The notes under the pieces are model-generated. The model had not been told where the DNA came from, ran no database searches, and saw only the letters and a program-made list of their open reading frames with translations. From contig JAOSJQ010000001.1 in NCBI GenBank assembly GCA_027494035.1, positions 1,609,675 to 1,673,674 on the forward strand: a DNA stretch of 64,000 bases. The letters are read 5' to 3'. Positions 57,537-64,000 of the stretch are shown here, in pieces. A program made the position numbers and the translations under genes. Position 1 is the first letter of the stretch; every line of letters begins with the position of its first letter. The DNA comes from Anaerolineales bacterium. GTDB taxonomy: Bacteria; Chloroflexota; Anaerolineae; Anaerolineales; UBA4823.

Positions 57537-59003
57537 ATGCCATCTACAACCCCCAGCGCTGAATACCTGTATGAAACGGTTGCCAACGATATAAGGACGC
57601 TGATCACCTCGGGCACCTATCGCCCTGGCGACCGGCTGCCATCGGTGCGCCAGCTCAGCCGCCAGAAGCGCATCAGCGTGAGCACTGCGCTGCAGGCGTA
57701 TATGCTGCTCGAAAGCCGCGGGCTGGTCGAGGCGCGTCCGCAGTCGGGCTACTATGTCCGCCAGCGGACGTTCACTCCGCCGCCCGAACCGGAAATCTCA
57801 TCGCCCGCCAGCGATCCCACCCAGGTGAGCCTGGAAGAACTGGCATTTATGACGCTGCGTGATACCGAAAACCCCAACCTGGTGAAGCTGGGCATCGCCC
57901 TGCCCGACCCCGACCTGCTGCCGACAAAAAAGCTGCTGCGGATCATCGCCGGGTTGAAGGGCGGCAAAGAGCTCCAGGCGAACGCCTATGTCTTCCCGCC
58001 TGGGTATGAGCCGCTGCGGGTGCAGATCGCCCAGCGCGCCCACCTGGCGGGGATCAGCCTGGCGCCCGGCGATCTGGTGATCACCTCCGGCTGTCTGGAT
58101 GCGGTCGACCTCTGTTTGCGGGCGGTCTGTCAGAAGGGTGATATTGTGGCGATCGATTCGCCAACCCATTTTGGGTTGCTGCAATGCCTGGAGGGACTGG
58201 GGCTGAAGGCGCTGGAGATCCCCACCCATCCGCGCGAAGGGATCAGCCTTTCGGCGCTGCGGTTTGCGCTGGATCATAACCCGGTGCGGGCGGTTGTGCT
58301 GGTGTCGAACTTCAACAACCCGTTGGGCTGTCTGATGAGCGACGATAACAAGCGCGAACTGGTGAAAATGCTCGCCGCCCGCGAGATCCCGCTGATCGAG
58401 GACGATGTCTTTGGCGAAATGTCGTTCTCCGATCAACGACCGACCGCCTGCAAAGCGTTTGACGAGAAGGAGCTGGTGCTTTGGTGTTCATCTTTCTCAA
58501 AGGATATTGCGCCCGGGTTTCGGGTGGGATGGTGTGCGCCCGGGCGCTATCAGACCAAGGTGGAGTGGTTGAAGTTCGTGTCCAGCGAAGGCACCGCGGC
58601 GATTACCCAGGTAGCGCTGGCGGAGCTGCTCGCCACAAGTGGGATGGATTATCATCTGCGGCGGCTGCGCCGGTTGTACGCCTTCAACTTAGAGCAGGTC
58701 TCGCTGCAGGTGATGCGCAGCTTTCCGGAGGGAACGCGCCTGACGCGCCCGACAGGCGGGTTTCTGCTGTGGGTACAGCTCCCCGAGGGGTGCGATTCGC
58801 TGCAGCTCTATAAACGGGCGCTGGTGGAAGGCATCACGCTGGCGCCAGGGTACCTATTCTCTGCCACGCCGCGATATGCCGGGTTTATCCGGCTGTGCAC
58901 CGCCACCTGGAACCACGCGGTCGAGCAGGCGATCACCCGGCTGGGGGCGCTGGTGGTCGAAGGTCAGGCGGCTCAGCCCGCCGGGAGGCGCAGGGCAGAA
59001 TAG
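57537..59003 (+). CDS. MocR/GabR-type GntR regulator with PLP-dependent aminotransferase-fold domain
   Basis: wHTH (GDRLPSVRQLSRQKRISVSTALQAYMLLESRGLVEARPQSGYYV) plus an AAT-like domain with SSFSKDIAPGFRVGW (PLP Lys). Confidence 0.85.
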   Translation: MPSTTPSAEYLYETVANDIRTLITSGTYRPGDRLPSVRQLSRQKRISVSTALQAYMLLESRGLVEARPQSGYYVRQRTFTPPPEPEISSPASDPTQVSLEELAFMTLRDTENPNLVKLGIALPDPDLLPTKKLLRIIAGLKGGKELQANAYVFPPGYEPLRVQIAQRAHLAGISLAPGDLVITSGCLDAVDLCLRAVCQKGDIVAIDSPTHFGLLQCLEGLGLKALEIPTHPREGISLSALRFALDHNPVRAVVLVSNFNNPLGCLMSDDNKRELVKMLAAREIPLIEDDVFGEMSFSDQRPTACKAFDEKELVLWCSSFSKDIAPGFRVGWCAPGRYQTKVEWLKFVSSEGTAAITQVALAELLATSGMDYHLRRLRRLYAFNLEQVSLQVMRSFPEGTRLTRPTGGFLLWVQLPEGCDSLQLYKRALVEGITLAPGYLFSATPRYAGFIRLCTATWNHAVEQAITRLGALVVEGQAAQPAGRRRAE

Positions 59004-59066
59004 GACAGGGAACGGTGACGGCAAACCAACCCGAACGCAGGGCGGGGGTCGTCCATTTCAGCCGAG

Positions 59067-59687
59067 ATGATGGTTTTTGATCGTTTTGCGGACGAATACG
59101 ACCGCTGGTTTGACGAGAACGAGCGGGTCTACCAGGCGGAGATCAGCGCCTTACGCCGGATGATCCCGCCCGTGGAGAGGGCGATCGAGGTGGGCGTCGG
59201 GACGGGGAGGTTTGCGCTGCCGTTGGGGGTCAGGCTGGGGGTGGAGCCCAGCCGCGCGATGGCAAAGGTCGCACAGCGGCGCGGGCTGCAAGTTTGCCAG
59301 TCGCTGGGCGAAGAGCTGCCGTTTGCGGCGGGGATGTTTGAGTGTGTGCTGCTAGTAACGGTGATCTGTTTTGTCGCCGATCCGCTGAGGCTGCTTCGGG
59401 AAGCCCGGCGGGTATTGACGCCCGGCGGGGTGCTGGTCAACGGGTTTATCGACCGGGACAGCGCGCTGGGGCGGGTTTACGAGGCGCACAAGGCGGAGAA
59501 TAAATTTTACCAGGAGGCGCGCTTTTATTCGTCCGAGCAGGTGGCGGCAATCATGCGGCAGGCAGGTTTTAACCAACTGGAGGCGGCGCAGACAATCCTG
59601 GGTTTGCCCAGCGAGGGACGTGATTTTGATATGGTGAAGACAGGGTTCGGGGAGGGGGCGTTTGTGGCGCTGCGCGGGCGGCGGTAG
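59067..59687 (+). CDS. Class I SAM-dependent methyltransferase
   Basis: AIEVGVGTGRFALPL (motif I) and a Methyltransf_11-like layout. Confidence 0.75.
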   Translation: MMVFDRFADEYDRWFDENERVYQAEISALRRMIPPVERAIEVGVGTGRFALPLGVRLGVEPSRAMAKVAQRRGLQVCQSLGEELPFAAGMFECVLLVTVICFVADPLRLLREARRVLTPGGVLVNGFIDRDSALGRVYEAHKAENKFYQEARFYSSEQVAAIMRQAGFNQLEAAQTILGLPSEGRDFDMVKTGFGEGAFVALRGRR

Positions 59688-59707
59688 CGTCGATCAAGAA
59701 CTTTGAT

Positions 59708-59872
59708 ATGCCGTTCTGGTCGATGGTGGGTTTTCTGATCAAGTGGACGTTTGCCTCGATCCCGGCGATGATTATCGTGACGCTGCTGATTTTGACGGTG
59801 GTGATGCTCGCGGGGTTGGTGCTTGGAGGACTGAGCGGCGTGTTTGCCGCGCTGATGGGGTTGGGGAGGTAA
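59708..59872 (+). CDS. Possible 54-aa two-TM membrane peptide
   Basis: My translation: MPFWSMVGFLIKWTFASIPAMIIVTLLILTVVMLAGLVLGGLSGVFAALMGLGR*. Followed by an AAAAACCC...GGGTTTTT hairpin. Confidence 0.3.
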   Translation: MPFWSMVGFLIKWTFASIPAMIIVTLLILTVVMLAGLVLGGLSGVFAALMGLGR

Positions 59873-59938
59873 AAACCCGCGAATGCTTTTTAGCAGGAGG
59901 GTTTTTCAAAAACGTCCGAATAGGCGTTATACTCAGTA

Positions 59939-60916
59939 GTGGGCAAAGCGATTATGTTCAATCAAGACCAAGAGATCTCCGACAAATTTCACCCGACAGA
60001 ATCGATCGTTGTCTATCCGGGCGACTGTCTTGATCTGTTGCAATCGATCCCCGATGAAACATTGCAGTTGGTTGTCACCTCCCCGCCTTACAACATTGGT
60101 AAGGAATATGAAAAAAAGCTCAATCTTGAGAGTTACATCCAACAGCAGGCTGAAGTAATCACAGAATGTGTGCGCGCTCTATCGCCCGCGGGCAGCATCT
60201 GCTGGCAGGTCGGGAATTACGTCGATAAGGGGGCGATTATTCCCTTAGATACAGTCCTGTATCCGGTCCTCTCCAATCTCGGGCTTAAAATGCGCAACCG
60301 AATTATTTGGCATTTCGAACATGGACTGCACTGCAGCAAGCGATTCTCGGGTCGTTACGAAACGATCATCTGGTTTACCAAGACTGAAGATTATATTTTC
60401 AATCTCGATCCGGTGCGCGTCCCGCAGAAATATCCAGGGAAGAAACATTTTAAGGGTCCAAAAGCGGGTCAGTATTCATCAAATCCGCTGGGTAAAAACC
60501 CGGGTGATTTATGGGTGATCCCAAATGTCAAAAGCAATCATGTTGAAAAAACCGAGCACCCGTGTCAATTTCCAGTCGAACTGATTGAGAGACTGGTGCT
60601 CTCAATGACGAATGAAGGCGATTGGGTTTTTGACCCATTTCTTGGAACAGGCACGACGATCATCGCCGCGCTCCGTCATGGGCGGCGCGGCGCGGGAGCG
60701 GAGATCCTCCCAAAATATATCGAACTCGCCCATCAAAGAATACAGCAAGAACTGGCAGGCACATTGCGCACCCGTCCGATGGGCAAACCCGTATACGACC
60801 CCTTTGAAGCGGGCAACAGCCTAACCGTTGCACCCTGGTATCAACAAGAAAACGAACAGATGACCTTACTCGAAGATCGTTCACCGTACGAGAGCGACGC
60901 CCATGAAGATCACTGA
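59939..60916 (+). CDS. Beta-class N4-cytosine/N6-adenine DNA methyltransferase (SPPY type)
   Basis: Catalytic LVVTSPPYN precedes the SAM motif FDPFLGTGTT (beta-class order). AT-richer than the flanks. A 14-nt overlap with the downstream endonuclease remnant. Confidence 0.85.
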   Translation: MGKAIMFNQDQEISDKFHPTESIVVYPGDCLDLLQSIPDETLQLVVTSPPYNIGKEYEKKLNLESYIQQQAEVITECVRALSPAGSICWQVGNYVDKGAIIPLDTVLYPVLSNLGLKMRNRIIWHFEHGLHCSKRFSGRYETIIWFTKTEDYIFNLDPVRVPQKYPGKKHFKGPKAGQYSSNPLGKNPGDLWVIPNVKSNHVEKTEHPCQFPVELIERLVLSMTNEGDWVFDPFLGTGTTIIAALRHGRRGAGAEILPKYIELAHQRIQQELAGTLRTRPMGKPVYDPFEAGNSLTVAPWYQQENEQMTLLEDRSPYESDAHEDH

Positions 60917-61220
60917 GACGTATTCTCACCTCAATGGGCTTGAATTTCTGCTCGTTCATAAGCCGTCTCTCTGGGAAGAAATTCGAATTGTGATCGAGAC
61001 AGTAGATGCAGACCTTTGCCGAACAAAGGTCTCCAAAGAAAAGACCATGATGGGTAAGTTGTTGTTTAGTCCGGTCGAACTCAATTCGACCTTCAACAAA
61101 TTATTCAGAAGCCGGTCGTGGACCGAGAGCCGAGTGAGCTATTGGGTAACAAAGAATGAGAAGCTGATACGGAAAACCTTGATGTTATCAGCCGACGAAC
61201 AGAAGAGGAAGATCAAATGA
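60903..61220 (+). pseudogene. BglII/BstYI-like type II restriction endonuclease, N-terminal ~100 aa only
   Basis: PSLWEEIRIVIE...VSKEKTMMGKLLFSPVELNSTFNKLFRSRSW parallels the BglII N-terminus as I recall it (PQLWKEIEETLL...ASKVGSLIFDPVGTNQYIKDELVPKHW). The catalytic D...E-x-Q region is missing. Composition switches to host-like GC right after 61220. Confidence 0.45.
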
Positions 61221-61483
61221 AGTCGCTCCAGAGCCAGATGAGCTCTGGGGTCCCTTATTACGAGGGGGAGGTCTATAACGTGGTGCGGCAGGGGCGCGGC
61301 GTTCCGGCGGTTCCGCTAGTGCTGGTTGGGATTGACACATAGTGATGGGGTCCATCTCTTCAATTGGTCATTAGGTGTATACTAGAACTGCGCCTTTGGA
61401 TCAGTTCTCTTTGGAAACAGGATGGCAGCCATCCCGTTTGATGGGTATTCCCTTTTGGGCTTTCTCGGTTTGGGATTTAGTGG

Positions 61484-62755
61484 ATGAACATTGCGGATGT
61501 CCAGTGGCCCTATCGCATCATCTTTGAACGCCTGATTTTGGCGCTGGCGCTAGGGTTGTTTATCGGCTTTGAGCGCCAGCGGCGGGAAAAAGAAGCCGGG
61601 GTGCGCACGTTCAGCTTTGCGGCGATCCTGGGTGCCATTGGCGGGCTGCTGGGGGAGGCATATGCGATCGCCAGCATCGCGCTGATCGGGCTGATCATTG
61701 TGATCATGAACATCGAACTGCTGCGGACGAACCGCGAGGCGGTGCTGACCACTTCTACCGCGCTGGCGACGACGGTTTTTATCGGCGTGCTGTGCGGGCT
61801 GGGGCACACCTTTACACCGGTGGCAATCGGGGTGGTGACCGCGGCGCTGCTGGCGTGGAAGGAACCGCTGGCGAATTTCAGCATCAAGTTGACCGAAGCG
61901 GAGATCCGCTCGGCGATCCTACTGGGGATCCTGGCGTTTGTGATCTACCCGATCCTGCCAAAGGGGACGGTTGACCCGTGGAGGACGATCGATCTGCAAG
62001 CCGCCTGGATCAGCGTGATCTTGATCGCCGGGATCGGGTTTATCAACTACATCCTGCTCAAAGCCTATGGCGACCGCGGGATCGAGTTGTCCGGTTTTTT
62101 GGGCGGGTTTGTCAACAGCGACGTGGCGGCGCGCGAACTGGCGCAGCGCTCGCACGAGATGCATGGGCAATTGTCTGATTCAGCCTATCGCGGCATTCTG
62201 CTGACCAACGCCGGGATGATCATTCGTAATGCGGTGCTGTTGGCGATCTTCAATTTGCCGGCGCTGTTTATCGCGCTGCCGGGTTTTGGTTTGATGCTGG
62301 CGGCGACGGCGGCGGTGGCTTTTATGGGTCAGAAGCCTGCCGCCAAACCTGAAAATCTACCTGAGAACCCAATCACGGCGATGAACTCGCCCTTTTCGCT
62401 GAGATATGTGCTGGTCTTCGGGATGGTGATGCTGATCGTGCAGGTGGCAGGTGTGATCGCCGAACGGTTAGCTGGGTCGGCAGGGATGTATATGACCAGT
62501 TTTGTCGGCAGCCTGTTTTCGAGCGCCAGCACGGTGGTGGCGGTGGCGACGCTTGCCAGCCGCGGGAATATCACCAGCCAGGTGGCGGCGGTGTGCGCGC
62601 TGATCGCGGCGATCACCAGCGATGTGGGTACGATCCCGTACGTGGTCGGGCTGGTGGACCAGCGGCAGTTTTCCAAGATGGTTGCGGCGCTGCTGGTAGT
62701 CGCCTTTGCGGGGGTGTTGGGCGGCGGTCTGGCGTTGTGGTATCTCGCCAGATGA
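61484..62755 (+). CDS. MgtC/SapB-family membrane protein with DUF4010-like C-terminal extension
   Basis: [38 protein letters not shown] is the MgtC N-terminal motif. About 10 TM in total. Confidence 0.72.
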   Translation: MNIADVQWPYRIIFERLILALALGLFIGFERQRREKEAGVRTFSFAAILGAIGGLLGEAYAIASIALIGLIIVIMNIELLRTNREAVLTTSTALATTVFIGVLCGLGHTFTPVAIGVVTAALLAWKEPLANFSIKLTEAEIRSAILLGILAFVIYPILPKGTVDPWRTIDLQAAWISVILIAGIGFINYILLKAYGDRGIELSGFLGGFVNSDVAARELAQRSHEMHGQLSDSAYRGILLTNAGMIIRNAVLLAIFNLPALFIALPGFGLMLAATAAVAFMGQKPAAKPENLPENPITAMNSPFSLRYVLVFGMVMLIVQVAGVIAERLAGSAGMYMTSFVGSLFSSASTVVAVATLASRGNITSQVAAVCALIAAITSDVGTIPYVVGLVDQRQFSKMVAALLVVAFAGVLGGGLALWYLAR

Positions 62756-62962
62756 ACGCGGGCTCCTTTACAGCCCGGTTACGCCGGCGCGCCTGAGCAC
62801 GGCTGGCTTTAGTCAGCAGGGAATCGTACCTGCCTTCGTGGACTCCTTCGTTATCTGCGCGCGAACGCCCCTGCCGGAATAAAGTTATCTGAAAACCGTC
62901 TCAAACAGCATTTCCTTGCCAGGTGAGAGGCTGCGCGCGTTGTGTGGGTACCCCGAAAATTT

Positions 62963-64000
62963 CTATCGCCTGATCAACGGCATGTAAATGGTGTGGCGCA
63001 GCAACCGTCCGTAGATGTCGGCGCTGGCGCCGCCGTCGATGTCGTGCTCCCAGGCTACCAGGTAACTGATAGAGCCGCCGTTCACAGCCGGGTATTCACG
63101 ATCTGCGTTTTGATGTGGACCGCAGATCAGGAATTCATCATCGAACGACTCCGACGGGGATGCCAGGCGTCCCCAAACGCCAAATTCCCCGGTGGTATAT
63201 TCGTCCTGCCAGACCACCAGGTAACGCCCCCCAGGTCCGCAAGTCATATCGGCGTTGAACTGATCGCTGGTCGTATCCACGATTTGATAGACGTTTCCCA
63301 GCGCCGCCGTACCGCTGAGATAGCGGGCATAGATGGCATAATCGCCTTTGCTCTGATCGGACTGCCAGGCGACCAGAAATTGGTCCGCCTGGGCGCAGGC
63401 GGCTACGGCTGGCTTCTCTTCAATTGCTGACCAGCCGGCGATGGAGAACTCCCCTGTGACGGACGGCGTTCCACCGGTCAATGGTGTGCCTTCACCTGAG
63501 AGGCGGATGCCGTAGATGTCCACCGCGCTGCCCGTCTTGACGACATCCCAAACGACCAGGTATTCGTTGCGGCTCGGGTTGTAAGCCACGTCCGGGTAGT
63601 CGCGGTTTTCCGTCCCGCTCGAAACCACAAAGGGGCTATAAGGGAAGCCGCTGCCATCCGCCCACACCCGCCGGGCGCTGATATAGCTGGCTACACTCGT
63701 CTGAAAGTTCACCCATACCACCAGGAATTCTTGTTGGGTAGATGCAAAAACTGTCACCGGGTGCCCCTGGTTGCTGGAGAAATTGCAGATCGAGAAATCG
63801 AGCAGGCTGGCAGAAGGACCGCTCCAGGGGATGAAACGCCCATGGACATCCCAGTTGCTGGCATCGCCATTTAAATCATAAACGAACACCACCAGATAAC
63901 GGTCGTGGGTTGGGTCATAGGCGACTGACGGGTTCATCTGGTTGTTAGCATTGCTCGACACGGTGAACGAAATCAACTGCCGTCCATCGCTGGCGATACG
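62963..64000 (-). CDS. Repeat (probable beta-propeller) protein, N-terminus off the right edge
   Basis: Six ~50-aa units ending in YLVVW-type strands (RYLVVFVYD, EFLVVWVNF, EYLVVWDVV, QFLVAWQSD, RYLVVWQDE, SYLVAWEHD), each followed by DIYG/W..GR. The frame stays open to position 64000. Confidence 0.5.
   Translation of the reverse strand, partial: RIASDGRQLISFTVSSNANNQMNPSVAYDPTHDRYLVVFVYDLNGDASNWDVHGRFIPWSGPSASLLDFSICNFSSNQGHPVTVFASTQQEFLVVWVNFQTSVASYISARRVWADGSGFPYSPFVVSSGTENRDYPDVAYNPSRNEYLVVWDVVKTGSAVDIYGIRLSGEGTPLTGGTPSVTGEFSIAGWSAIEEKPAVAACAQADQFLVAWQSDQSKGDYAIYARYLSGTAALGNVYQIVDTTSDQFNADMTCGPGGRYLVVWQDEYTTGEFGVWGRLASPSESFDDEFLICGPHQNADREYPAVNGGSISYLVAWEHDIDGGASADIYGRLLRHTIYMPLIRR

Noticed and set aside
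61217-61342. A 41-aa ORF (MKSLQSQMSSGVPYYEGEVYNVVRQGRGVPAVPLVLVGIDT) with an ATGA overlap to the endonuclease remnant. Its VP..LVGI tail vaguely recalls the BglII C-terminus, which suggested an internally deleted R gene.
   Set aside because: Its GC content is host-like, whereas the R/M cassette is AT-rich. The two pieces are therefore unlikely to derive from one gene, and the similarity is too short to trust.

Overview
High-GC bacterial chromosome segment. The gene content is reminiscent of Chloroflexi, but that is inference only. Left edge: a minus-strand type I-C CRISPR-Cas effector operon, cas3-cas5-cas8c-cas7. cas4/1/2 and any array must lie off-window, and I saw no array here. As sequenced, Cas3 carries an N-terminal HTH-WYL-WCX regulator module. 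7-31 kb: a denitrification / NO-stress neighbourhood with hemerythrin-like genes, NirK, qNOR and a Crp/Fnr regulator with two perfect FNR boxes. It also holds an Fe-S/Cu maturation-type gene string, Usp, AhpD-like and OsmC genes. A DsbA-like gene there has an in-frame TGA replacing the first Cys of its CPWC motif, making it a candidate selenoprotein. 31-54 kb: two tRNAs and proteases, then a cluster of five Shine-Dalgarno-preceded small ORFs. These share an N-terminal V-R-T-D-x-K-S-G box and carry shuffled Gly/Trp-rich C-terminal modules. The stretch continues with lipA, queG, three tandem C39-like peptidase paralogues and housekeeping genes (sbcD-like, ybeY, dgkA, serS with a T-box leader; trpS and aspA lie earlier). 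54.6-61.3 kb: two AT-richer islets, judged by eye. The first holds an Mrr-like nuclease, a PUR-like protein and truncated genes. The second holds an SPPY DNA methyltransferase with a BglII-like endonuclease remnant. At least 12 genes are interrupted by single-base indels inside homopolymer runs. This looks like a sequencing artefact and conditions every fusion or pseudogene call in this window.
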